Positions 1 through 11,769 of a stretch of 64,000 nucleotides of DNA are shown here, piece after piece (position 1 is the first letter of the stretch; the number at the start of each line of letters is the position of its first letter). The stretch covers positions 15,934,001 to 15,998,000 of the forward strand of contig NC_091995.1 of assembly GCF_044704955.1 (NCBI RefSeq). The letters are read 5' to 3'. A program made the position numbers and the translations under genes. The notes under the pieces are model-generated. The model saw only the letters and a list, made by a program, of their open reading frames with translations, did no database searches and was not told where the DNA came from. This DNA comes from Pristiophorus japonicus (lineage: Eukaryota).

Positions 1-775
1 ACTTTAGCCAAGTCGTCACACTTGCAGCAAAGTAATTGCAAACATATCGATATCACAAGTCCAATAGGAGTGGAATTTTATTTTGCATTTTACTCCAATA
101 GGCAAGTTGGTATGTATCTTGCAGGGCCAAGGATGAAGCAAATGATCACAAAATTAACAAATAGCGTGGATGTCTTGGTATATTGTCAGCAACTCTATGG
201 GACTCAGTTCCCATTTTGCATGATTTTTCTGCGTAAATGCCAGTTTCGAATCCTCCTCTCGGGTTCTTCACGAACATGCTGACACGCTCTTTCGACACTG
301 AATATAGTTTCCCCGACAGCATTCTAAAAATTATCTTGTGACAGCACAGCCGGGGGAAGCTGCAACCATCTTATTGTAAATGCTACTCTGAGCTGGCGAG
401 TTAAAGTAAGTGGATTTGTACAGTTAGATTCTTCAGTAAACGATGGGCCATTTCCAGCAATTCCCTGCATGGTTTTGCAATATTATTATTATGATTTTGA
501 ACTTACAACACTTTGAGTTCGTGCTTCTCGGGAAAATAGTTTAAAAAAATGCTCTGGAAAAGTGAATAATCGAAGTAATTTAGTTATTTCTGCAAATCGA
601 CGCTTCATTTAAGATGCGATTTAGCGGTGCGTTAATCAGCCCTGACCTGAGGTGCTGAATCCTAATGAGAACACAAATGCCTTTAACCTAAAATAGCATG
701 TTAAACGGCAATTGTAACTGAACCCGCTCGGGATTCGGTCCATAATGATTTTCATTCGCCATCATCGCAAGCTTA

Positions 776-1235
776 GTGTCAGCCTGGTTCAGTGGGGGGG
801 CTCACTCGCCTCTGAGTCAGAAGGTTGTAGGTTCAAATTTCCACTCCAGGAACATGAGCACGTGTAAAAAAATCTGAGTCCACACTCCCGGTGCAGTGCT
901 GAGGGCAAGCTGCACTGTCGTAAGTGCCGTCTTTCGGACGCGACGTTAAACAAAGGCTTCTCTCAGGTGGATGTAACGTATCTCATGGCCCTATTTCGAA
1001 GTGGAGCAGGGGAGTTCTGCCCTGGCCAATATTTATTCTTGAATCAACATAACAAAAACAGATTATCTGGTCATTAACACATTGCTGTTTGTGGGAGCTT
1101 GCTGTGCACAATATGGCTGTCGCGTTTCCCACAATACGACACTGATTACGCTCCAAAAGTACCTCATTGCCTGTAAAACGCTTTGTGATGTCCAGTGGTC
1201 GTGAAAGGCTCTTTATAAATCTAAGTCTTTCTTTT
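776..1235 (+). mobile_element. tRNA-derived DeuSINE (SacSINE1/AmnSINE1-like)
   Basis: tRNA-like head (tggttcagtgg...ggttcaaat) and Deu-type core (ctctcaggtggatgtaa...ggccaatatttat...cacattgctgtttgtgggagcttgctgtgc). About 10 related copies in the window. Confidence 0.8.
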
Positions 1236-2249
1236 AAAACAAATGTTCTCTCTGTCTTCAACTCTCTCCATATCCCCAAACGGCCCCCTTCATGGCCTCT
1301 GAACCTCACTGTTTTCCTGTCTCTGATCTGCTGTGCACACACTGCCCCCATCCCTGCGCAACACAGCAGATTCCCTTGCCCTGCTCCCAGTCTTACGAAT
1401 TTCCTTCTGAAACTATTCTGCCATTTCCAAGGTTATCGCTTCCTTTAAGACTCCTCTTAAAACCTAACTCTGAACATAAGACTTTGGTCAGCCCGTTGAT
1501 CGCTGCGCGTTTGGTTTGGAGCCTAGCTCACAAACTTCCTGTGATGCGCCCTGGGGCATGATTCTACATTAAAGATATCGAGGTGGAAATGGAAGTGGGC
1601 CCCGGGAACATAAAACAATCGGAATTACATTTGCCGACCGTTACCGGACACGCCCACTATTCGGTTATGTTGCATTCAATGGAGCTTAATATCCAGCCGC
1701 GGTTAGAACGAGGTGACCGATTCAATACCGCCTCTTTTCATCTCCGCACATATTCAATTCCACCCCGCTATATAAATATATGTTTTCATTTAATTTAGCA
1801 GAGATAATTCTCATGATAATTTTTTAAGCGTATGATATCAAAAGAATGGAAACATGGCGAATTCTGCATGAGGGCCCTGTAATGTAGGAATAATCTGGTT
1901 CACAAGCGGAAGTTAAGGACAGGCGCGTAATTTGAATGCATTGGTTCTACCTGCGAAAAAGCATTTAGCTTCTCCGCGTATTTACGCTTGTCTTCCCCCA
2001 AACATATGGCGGACTGGGGGAACCCGGCAGAAATCTATTTCCGTATATCTATGACACCTGTACACAGCGGAGCGACCAAATTCGAGATCTATCACTTGGC
2101 AACAACTCGCCTTTTCAGCGCCCGAGCAACGCATCCAAGAAGGTCAACTTGCAGCATTACAGCCGCTTCACTAAAAGCGACAAAATAACATCAAAATATT
2201 GAATGCAACATTCTTTTTTTTAACTGCGTTCACAGGTAATAATAAAGAA

Positions 2250-2289
2250 ATGCATCCAGATACTATCATCGTTATGTTGCTGACCTCTA
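2250..2289 (+). CDS. NCR3: Gene A leader (signal peptide) exon MHPDTIIVMLLTS
   Basis: ATG at 2250, hydrophobic 13 codons + 1 nt, donor A|gtgagt at 2290. Phase 1 matches the V exon. The same exon is present in copy B. Confidence 0.75.
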
Positions 2290-2404
2290 GTGAGTTTTAA
2301 TTTATTCAATTCACATTCTAATATGCATCGTATTAAACGTGTTCATTTATGCAGTTAAAATCAGTGAATCATGCACGGATTCAGAACAGAAGGAGACAGA
2401 ATAT

Positions 2405-3290
2405 AGGCTGCAACTTGATTGGACAGGTTCGGTGAGTGGGCAAATGCATGGCAGATGCAGTATAATGTAGACAAACTTGAGATTGTCCACTTTGGTGGCA
2501 AAAACAGGAAGGCAGAATATTATTTGTCTGGTGACAGATTAGGGAAATGGGAGGTACAACTAGACCTGGTTATCATGGTACTTCAGTCATTGAAAATTGG
2601 CATGCAGGTACAGCAGGCGGTGAAGAAGGCAAATGGCATGTTGGCCTTCATCGCAAGAGGATTTGAGTATAGGAGCAAGGAGGTCTTACTGCAGTTGTAC
2701 AGGGCCTTGGTGAGGCCACACCTTGAATATTGTGTACAATTTTGGTCGTCTAATCTGAGGAATGACATTCTTGCTTTTGAGGAAGTGCAGCGAAGGATCA
2801 CCAGCCTGATTCCCGGGATGGCAGTACTGACATATGAAGAAAGACTGGATCGACTAGGCTTATATTCACTGGAATTTAGAAGAATGAGAGGGGATCTCTT
2901 AGAAACATGTAAAATTCTGACTGGATTTGACAGGTTAGATGCAGGAAGAATTTTCCCGATGTTGGGGAAGTCGATAATCAGGGCTCACAGTCTAAGGATA
3001 AGGGGTAAGTCATTTAGGACCGAGATGAGGTGAAACTGCTTCACTCAAAGAATTATGAACCTGTGGAATTCTTTACCACAGATAGCTGTTGAGGCCAGTT
3101 CGTTAGATATATGCAAAAGGAAATTAGATGTGGCCCTTACGGCTAAAGGGATCAGCCGGTATGGAGAGAAGGCGGGAGTGGGTTACTGAAGTTGCTTGAT
3201 CAGCCATGATCATATTGAATGGTGGTGCAGGCTCGAAGGCCCGAATGGCCTAAACCTGCACCTATTTTCTATGTTTCTATGTTTCTATGT
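2405..3290 (+). mobile_element. 5'-truncated CR1 LINE (RT C-terminus + tail)
   Basis: ORF 2419-3033 (LYRALVRPHLEYCVQFW, LGLYSLEFRRMRGDL) and a (TTTCTATG)n 3' tail. Confidence 0.9.
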
Positions 3291-3589
3291 AATTCAGCCC
3301 ATCGTGTCTATCTCAGCTCTTTGTAAGATCTACACCATCAGTCCCATTCGACTCCTCTTTCCCCGTAGCCCTGTAAAATAATTTCTCCTCAAGTAATTAT
3401 CCAATTCTCCTTTGAAAGTTATTATTGAGTCTGCTACTGCTTTTTCAGGTTGTGCATCCCAGACCATAACTAGTCTCCTCTGCTTACCGACCCTTCTCCC
3501 ACTCGGAAGAGTTTCACCGAATGTATTCTATAAAAGTCATTTATGATTTTGAACACATCGACTAAATATCATCTTAACCTTCTCTGCTA

Positions 3590-6037
3590 TAGATAGAAAG
3601 ACGAAAAGTAAAAGTGGATGGCAGAGAAACTCAAGGCAAAATGCAAAACGGGCCACATTACAGCAAAATCCTAAAGGGGCAAACGGCGTTAAAAAGACAA
3701 GCCTGAAGGCTCTGTGCCTCAATGCAACGAGTATTCGGAATAAGGTGGATGAATTATCTGCGCAGCTAGCAGTTAAGGGATATGATGTAATTGGCATCAC
3801 GGAGACATGGCTCCAGGGTGACCAAGGCTGGGAACTCAACATCCAGGGTTATTCAACATTAAGGAAGGATAGACAGAAATGAAAAGGAGATGGGTTGGTG
3901 TTGCTGGCTAAAGAGGAAATTAATGCAATAGTAAGGAAGGACATTAGCTTGGGTGATGTGGAATCAGTATGGGTGGAGTTACGGAATACCAAAGGGCAGA
4001 AAACGATAGTGGGAGTTCTGTACAGACCACCAATAGTAGTAATGAGGATGGGGACAGCATCAAACAAGAATTTAGGGATGCGTGCAATGAAGGTACAGCA
4101 GTTCTCATGCGCGACTTTAATTTACATATTTACTGGGCTAACCAAACTGGTGGCAACGCGGTGGAGGAGGATTTCGTGGAGTGTATAAGTTGTGGTTTTC
4201 GAGACCAATGTGTCGAGGAACCAACTGGAGGGCTGGCCATCATAGAATGGGTGATGTGTAATGAGAAAGGACTAATTAACAATCTTGTTGTGCGAGGCCC
4301 CTTGGGGAAAAGTGACCATAATATTAAGATGGAGAGTGGCACAGGTAATTCAGAGACTAGGGTCCTGAACTTGTGAAAAGGTAACTTTGATGCTATGAGA
4401 CGTGAATGTGCTAGAATAGACTGACGAGTGATACTTAAAGGGTTGACGGTGGATAGGCAATGGCAAACATTTAAAGATCACATGGATGAACTTCAACAAT
4501 TGTAGATCCCTGTCTGGAGTAAAAATAAAACGGGAAAGATGGCTCACCCGTGGCTAACAAGGGAAATTAAGGGTAGTGTTAAATCCAAGGAAGAGGCATA
4601 TCAATTGGCCAGAAAAAAAAGCAAACCTGAGGACTGGGAGAATTTTGTAACACAGCAGAGGAGGACAAAGGATTAATTAGGAGTGGGAAAATAGAGTATG
4701 GGAGGAAGCTTGCTGAGAACATAAAAACTGACTGCAAAATCTTCTATAGATAAGTGAAGAGAAAAAGATTAGTGAAAACAAACGCCGGTCCCTTGCAGTC
4801 AGATTCAGGTGAATTTATAATGGGGAACAAAGAAATGGCGGATGTGGTGTATTTGGACTTTCAAAAGGCTTTTGACAAAGTCCCATGCAAGAGATTGTTG
4901 TGCAACATCAAAGCACATGGTATTGGAGGTAATGTACTGACGTGGATACAGAACTGGTTGGCAGACAGGAAGCAGAGAGTCAGGATAAACGGTCCTTTTC
5001 AGAATGGCAGGCAGTGACTCGTGGAGTACTGCAGGGCTCAGTGCTGGGACCCCAGCTCTTTACAATATACATCAATGATTTGGATGAAAGAATTGAGTGT
5101 AATATCTGCAAGTTTGCAGATGATACTAAACTGGGTGGCGGTGTGAGCTGTGAGGAGGACGCTGAAAGGCTGCAGGGTGATTTAGATAGGTTAGGTGAGT
5201 GGGCAAATGCATGGCAGCTGCAGTATAATGTGCATAAATGTGAGGTTATCCGCTTTTGGGGCAAAAACACGAAGACAGAATATTATATCAATGGGGGCAG
5301 ATTAGGAAAGGGGGAGGTGCAATGAGACCTGGGTGTCATGGTACATCAGTCATTGAAAGTTGGCATGCAGGTACAGCAGCTGGTGAAGGAGGCAAATGGT
5401 ATGTTGGTTTCATAGCTCGGGGATTTGAGTATAGGAGCAGGGACATCTTACTGCACTTGTACAGGGCCTTGGTGAGGCCTCACCTAGAATATTGTGTTCA
5501 GTTTTGATCTCCTAATCTGAGGAAGGACGTTCTTGCTATTGAGGGAGTGCAGCGAAGGTTCACCAGACTGATTCCCGGGATGGCGGGACTGTCATATGAG
5601 GAGAGACTGGATCAACTGGGCCTTTATACACTGGAGTTTCGAAGGATGAGAAGGGATCTCAAAGAAACTTACAAGATTCTGACGGGACTGGACAGGTTAG
5701 ATGCGGGAAGAATGTTACCAATGATGGTGATGTCCAGAACCAGGGGACACAGTCTTAGGATAAGGGGTGGGCCATTTAGAACTCAGATGAGAAGAAACTT
5801 CTTCATGCAGAGAGTTGTTAACCTGTGTAATTACCTACCGCACAGAGTTGTTGATGCCAATTCATTGGCTATATTCAAGAGATATGGCCCTTACAGCCAA
5901 AGGGATCAAGGGGTATGGAGAAAAACCAGGAAGGGGTTAGTGAGGGAATGATCAGCCATGATCATATTAAATGGTGGTGCTGGCTCGAAGGGCCGAATGG
6001 CTTACCCCTGTACCTATTTTCTATGTTTCTATGTTTC
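3590..6037 (+). mobile_element. Internally deleted, frameshifted CR1 LINE (APE endonuclease + RT)
   Basis: ITETW, DFN, SDHN, YLDFQKAFDKV, QGSVLGP and KFADD motifs spread over broken ORFs; TTTCTATG tail. Confidence 0.9.
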
Positions 6038-7395
6038 AACCCAACTGCTGGTTTAGATGTTCCAGGGGAATGGGCAACACATTGGCAAATGGCTTACAGT
6101 TTAGATAAATGGAGATTCATGCATATTGGAACGACCAACAGTGAATACAAATATCGTTTGCGGGGTCCAATATCCCCCCGAGGGTAGTATACTACCTATA
6201 TAACCAGGTACAGAGAAGAGATACAACAAATATTCCTACCTAAAGAACCTCAGCTCCTTAGATAGGCTCAAGAGCCTTGGTCTCTTTATATTAAAGTCGC
6301 ACCAACATAGTGCGACCTGATGGAAGTCCAGAAAATAATTTAAGAGCTTTACAGCGTCCTTATTGATAAATTATTCCAGTTTGGCAGATTGGAAAGACCA
6401 GAGGGCACCAGTTTAAGCTATGTAAGTGCAGGAAAAGACTGGATGTTAGGCGGTTCTTCTTTTCCCAGAGAACTATTAGCATCTGGAATACATTGCCGAC
6501 TTGTGTTTGGCTGCTGACTCTGCATCCGCAGAAGAGGAAGCTGGAATGTTTCCTGACTGGGTCAGCGGACGCACCATATAGAATGCAAATGCCCTGATAA
6601 GGAACACTTGGTCCATGTGATTACCTGGAAACGTTTTGTTTGCGTGACCGGGTCAGTGACTAAATTTACAGGGTACTTTCCCCCTTATACATCCTGTGTT
6701 AAGTTTCATCTGATTGCTGATTAGTCCCCTTGAAGGATAAGACACGCCCACCATTTTTTCTTTGCACAGTGTAACTCGACCCATTCTGACTGCCGACTCC
6801 AGAGATAAAATAATTCGCTTGGAACAGACAGTGCTCACTCTCACGCGTTAAAACGTTCTCCCACCCCCAAATAACTTGCTGCCCCAAACCCCCCACTGCA
6901 TAATTTCCTGAACTGCTCCAACCAGCTCAATTCTCTGATATATTCCCCCCAAATATCTGAAACCTCCCCTCACCAATGCTCCTCACCTCCCCCCCTCCCT
7001 CCACCCCAAGTGCCTCACATTCCCTCCCCCCCAAATTCCTTGCATTACCTCGCCCCGCCCATGTTCCTGACTTCCTCCCACCGCCCACGTTCCTGATCTC
7101 CAGCCCCTCTCCGAATTAACGGAACTTCTTCCTTCTCCGCGCACCACCGCCAGGTCCTGACTTTCTCCCGCTGCCTAAGTTCCTTCCCCACAGATTGATA
7201 ATCTTTTCCCCTCAGCAAGTTCCTGATCTCCTCTACCCAACCCCGCCTTAGACGTGGCATTGTGTGTGGGTCACGAATTGCGAAAAGGTTTATTGGGTAT
7301 GAAGTAAATAGTTACAGTGTCGTGACTTCTGGATTTCATCCAGTCCAATAATGTCACTTTCCACGCAAGCACCGAGCTTTCAGTGAAATTTGCCA

Positions 7396-7482
7396 GGTGT
7401 AGGGGGAGGAGAGGGCGAACATGGTGCGGGTGTAAAGGGGATGGGACAGAGAGAACATGGTGCGGGTGTAAAGGGGATAGGG
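7396..7482 (+). repeat. 36-bp tandem repeat, ~2.5 copies (also at ~33052-33140)
   Basis: Unit gaacatggtgcgggtgtaaaggggatgggacagaga. Confidence 0.7.
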
Positions 7483-7534
7483 CTGCAAGAACGAGATTCG
7501 CCTTTGCATTTGGATCGCGCCCTCGCTCTCGACA

Positions 7535-8290
7535 TCCCCCCCCCCCCGCAATATACTCTTCATGCGCTCCCCCACCTCCTCCCTAAGTTGCTAACCTCCT
7601 CTCCCTCCCATATCTCGCTTTTTGCCTCGCCCTTTCTCGGTGCCTCCTCGCGGTCTGTCACTCAGACCCTCCCTCTCCACTCTCTCACTTTCTTCCATTT
7701 CTCTCACTGTGCCCGATTTTCTACCTCTCTTTCTCTGCTGAGCTCTCTCTCTCTCTCTCTCTCTGCCCGCACTCTATCTCTCTGCCTAACTCGCGCTCTC
7801 TGACTCTCTCTCTCTCTGCCCCACTCTCTCTCTCTCTCTATCTCCCTCTCGTTCTGATTCTCCCTCTCTCTCCTCTCCAGTCTCGCTCAATATCCCACCT
7901 CAGTGCTCTCTCTCGCCCAGTCGCTCTTCCTTCCCGCACTCTCTCTCTCTCTCTCTCTCTCCCCAGTCTCTGTCTTCCTGCCCCCTCTCTGTTTGCCCCG
8001 CTTTCGCTGCTCCTCTCTCCCTCCAGCTTCTCTTACTGTACCCTCTCTGTCTCTCTCTTTCCCCCTCTCTCTGCCCTCCCCTCTCTGGCACACTTCTTTT
8101 TCAGAGCCTCTCCTTCAATGCTTCTGCCTCATTCTCGCTCTCACACCGCTCCCTCCCTCTGCCCCTCTCTCTGTGCCCCTCTCTCTTTTTCTACCCCAGT
8201 CTCTCTCTCTCCCAAGTTCTCTTTCTCGCTGCCCCACTCTCTCTCCCGAACTCTCTCTCTCCGATCTTGATTCCCTCTCTCTCTCTCTCA
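7535..8290. repeat. CT-rich low-complexity tract (paralogue ~33190-33917)
   Basis: (CT)n-dominated sequence; source of spurious Leu/Ser- and Arg/Glu-rich ORFs. Confidence 0.9.
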
Positions 8291-9631
8291 GCAGGCTGCG
8301 AAAATCTTCGCGTCGAAAGTTACAGCGATATTTTAGGCAAAAGTCCAGGAGACCCCTTTCGTACAGTTATTGATTTGCGAAAGATAACGCAAAAGCCTTA
8401 GTCGCAGGTTCAGGTTCGAGCAGCAACTCTAGGCTCGGCAACGTGCTTCTCACCCACTTTCCGCCTCCTTATGTATACTACAGCGCATGCGCGACGGGAT
8501 CGAGCGCGCATATACAAAACGGAGCGGTGTCCACCGCGCATGAGGAGAAGGGCACAAATATGCTCGCGCATATAATCAATTCAAATATATTTGACTCCAG
8601 CAGGATAAACAGACTTTCACAGCTACGATTTGCTTTCTGTTCCTTAGCCAATTTCGTAACCATGCCGTCACCGTCTCTTTAATCCAATAGGCTTTAATTT
8701 TGTTAACAAATCTATTATGTTCTATTTTATCGAACGAGCTTTGAAAGTCCCTATACATGACATAAGCCGCAGTGTTCTCATGTTCAAAGAGATTATGAGA
8801 CCGCTCCGTGTGGGAAGAGGGAGTTTGTCTTCATTTCTGGGGCCAAAAGAGTTATCTTCTCAGATCGGTGTTAAGGAAAACGGGTTAGGGCGGAATACAG
8901 GTCGCTTTTCTCTACTGTTAACTTTCAATATATTTATCCAGAGAATGCTAATGGTAAACCTGGTGCCTAAAGGGAGAATTTGCCTAATCTACAAAAACTG
9001 ACATGCATCAAGCTGTTACTAATTAATCATCAATAGTTGGCTTTTAAATTTTAAAATTGTGGGAGAACTTGTTTTCCATTCTATTCCTTGGGTGTCTCTG
9101 ATGTTAAATTCGCCGCAAGTACCAGATGAGAGTGTAATTGGTTGTTCGCAAGTTATTTCATTGTTCTGATCCTAAACACATTTTAAATTTGATTTCGGGA
9201 TGTGGGCCACGCTAGCAAGATTGGTTTTGTTGTCCATCCTATGTTGCTCTGGGAAAACAATACTCGGCATCCTCCGTGAACAACTGCAGTCTTTGGTACT
9301 GGATGCAAGCATATTGACCCAGCGAGCCTCAAGAAATGGCAATATATAATGCGCGACTTGGAGGGGAACTTGTAGGTGCTGCTGTTCCACGAAATTGCCG
9401 CTCAGTGTTAAAGGCTGCAGGAGAAGAAATTACTAGTATCCGCAATATATTGATAGCAGGAGATTCAACATGCCGCTGCAGGTGAGGGGAGATGAGTGGC
9501 GCTTCTGTGTTTGATTTCGTCATTACCTGAACTTATGTGGCGCAAATGTTATCTGCCATTTGTCAGATCAGGTACCTTAAAGCCACGATTCGATTTCTCT
9601 AACATGAATGCTTAGCATCTCTGTCTTTCAG

Positions 9632-9979
9632 CTGTTACTATTGCCGACATCCAAGTAACACAAAGCCCAAGGAATATTGAAGTAACCGAAGGAATGCAGT
9701 TTCATCTCTACTGCGTGTTTACAGCATCTGCCATGTCCGCAGTTGCAGCCTACACTTGGTACAAACGAGTACCAGGCCATGAAAAAAGTTATGTTAAGAA
9801 CACGTCTGGAGAGTTTTATGCTCGAGTTTTGGAGCAAGATGTAAAATCGTTTGAAGCAAATAAAAACGCTTCTATTACAATCATGGGTGCGAAACGGAAT
9901 GATTCCGGGCTATATTATTGTGAAGTGGATTTATTTGATGGTAGTGACACCGGAAAAGGCACTTTGGTAAGAGTAAAAG
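9632..9979 (+). CDS. NCR3: Gene A VJ-type Ig V-set domain exon
   Basis: Acceptor tctttcag|, donor G|gtaggt. B-strand Cys (HLYC), C-strand Trp (YTWYK), DSGLYYC and an in-exon J-like GKGTLVRV. VKNTSGEFYARV resembles NKp30 VRNGTPEFRGRL. Confidence 0.92.
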
Positions 9980-10249
9980 GTAGGTTTCTGTTGTACTACA
10001 TATCTCCCTTTGGATATATTCTCTTCAATAAAACGCTAACGACTTTATAACCTCAAATACCGACTCTAGAATTTAGCGATAAGAATAATGAAGGAGAATA
10101 GTTAGAAATCTCGAATCTCTGGAAATGAATGCTCAAGGTAGAAAATTCGCTAACTAAATATATTGCATAATAAATGTCCATCAAAGCGTTCATTTCAATA
10201 TTGATACTAAATTAAATTGGTGCATATGATTGCTTCTTTCATTTATTTG

Positions 10250-10688
10250 TTCAAGGGATTTGGACGTCGCCGGCAGGGCCGGCATTTATTGTCCATCCCT
10301 AATAGCCTTTGAGAAGGTGGAGGTGAACCACCTTATTCTTATGTTCCTAATTCTTATGTTCTTGAACCGCTGCAGGTCATGTGGTGAAGGTACTCCTAGA
10401 CTGCTGAATTTGTTGTAGCAGTTTATTACAACTGAGTGGCTTACTAGGCCATTTCAGAGGGCAGTTAACCCAAAATGTTATCAGCCTGGAGTGACATATA
10501 GGCCAGCCTGGGTAACGACAGCAGATTTCGTTCTGTAAGGGGCAATACTGAACCAGTTGGGTAATTCCGACAACCCGATAGTTTCATGGTAATCATTGCA
10601 GCTGCTACCAGCTTCTTATTTCCAAATGCATTTAATTACCTGAATTTAAATTCCACCAGCTGCCATGGTGGGATTTGAACTCATGTTT
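10250..10688 (-). mobile_element. Second tRNA-headed SINE family with a CR1/L2-group LINE tail
   Basis: Shares aaatcccaccatggcagc...ctggttcactaatgtcc...gccctctgaaatggcctag and the 3' tail of the LINE at 21170-23380. Other copies near 13510-14025, 35880-36308, 49890-50290 and 54730-55140. Confidence 0.65.
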
Positions 10689-11034
10689 AAGAACATAAGA
10701 TCATAAGAAATAGGAGCAGGAATAGGCCATACGGCCCCTCAAGCCTGCTCCGTCATTTAATACGATCATGGCTGATTCGATCATGGTCTCACATCCACTT
10801 CCCTGCCCTCTTTCCATAACTCCTTATTCCCTTATCGTTTAAGAAACTGTCTATTCCTGTCTTAAATTTATTCAATGTCCCAGCTTCAAGAGCTCTCTGA
10901 GGCAGCGAATTCCACAGATTTACAACCCTCTCAGGGAATAAATTTCTCATCATCTCAGTTTGAACTGGGTGGCCCCTTATTCTAAGATTATACAGCTAGG
11001 ACGTCAGTAATACTAGTCTTTTCATTCTGCACAG

Positions 11035-11099
11035 GTGCAGACGACAATAGCACAGAGCATCCTTCTAGTATTTCAAAGAGTGTGCAGTGCAATGGATAG
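11035..11099 (+). CDS. Gene A remnant of the B-type stalk/TM exon; candidate terminal exon for a secreted isoform (GADDNSTEHPSSISKSVQCNG*)
   Basis: Intact acceptor ttctgcacag|, phase 1. The first 46 nt are homologous to the start of B's TM exon (38401-38446). TAG at 11097-11099, AATAAA at 11111-11116. Confidence 0.5.
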
Positions 11100-11391
11100 C
11101 CGATCAGCCCAATAAATGGCGCCCACTGCCAGTATAGATTTGGTCGAGAATATATTGCTTTTAAGATTCTATTGGCAAACAGACAAATAACGAAAAAAAA
11201 CAGTGATAACTCTGAACATATTCATTTATCAAAACAGAAGCAACTATCGCTCAATGCTTATGAATATAAGGGGTGGTACTGGAGAGGTAGTTACAGTATA
11301 AAGGGGCCAACGACAAGAACAATAGTTGGGGAGCAATAGAAACATTTGAAGCAAAATTGCTTTGTATCAATTAAAGCATTTTTGATTGACA

Positions 11392-11393
<2 letters not shown>

Positions 11394-11432
<39 letters not shown>
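11394..11432. repeat. (TA)n microsatellite
   Basis: About 19 perfect TA units. Confidence 0.95.
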
Positions 11433-11435
<3 letters not shown>

Positions 11436-11769
11436 CATATAGTAAATAATGGTTTCAATAAAGTGATTATCTACTTTACAATGAAAATAGTAAGCTAAGA
11501 CCTAGGGCCAAATAAACAACTAGATTTTAAAAGTATTCCTTAATATCTGCCTTTATTGAAAAATAAGAGAGAAATTCAGCGCCTGGAATCAAGACATACC
11601 AGATGGACGGAAAATAGGAATCAATAATGCAGAACTAGATGCCTAGAAATTAGACCATTACCTGTGAGTGTTAAATTACATGGCTACCAAACATAGTTAA
11701 TAATGCAATGAAGCCCTATAATGAACGAAATAAATTAATTCCCGAGTTTGATTTTTTCGTTCTCTACAG

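Larger units (their letters stand above)
1..11080 (+). repeat. Segmental duplication, copy 1 (5' part of gene A; probably begins before the window)
   Basis: Position 1 matches 25707. Colinear through SINE, leader, CR1s and V exon. 10991-11080 matches 38357-38446 after a ~1.75-kb deletion. Confidence 0.95.

Noticed and set aside
776-850. tRNA genes at SINE heads
   Set aside because: A/B-box-like heads continue directly into SINE bodies; no complete cloverleaf was seen.
2419-5951. RT/endonuclease ORFs as a host gene or active retroelement
   Set aside because: Fragmented by stops, frameshifts and a large internal deletion; typical dead CR1 copies.
9632-9979. V exons as rearranging Ig/TCR/IgNAR V segments
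   Set aside because: Each exon already contains the J-like GxGT strand and ends in a splice donor. No heptamer-spacer-nonamer RSS or C1 domain exon was found, and the motifs fit NKp30.
1-11080. Duplication as a pure assembly artefact
   Set aside because: The copies differ by many substitutions, indels and a 1.75-kb deletion and lead into non-homologous, coherent 3' exons. A haplotype mis-join is unlikely but should be excluded with read depth and long reads.
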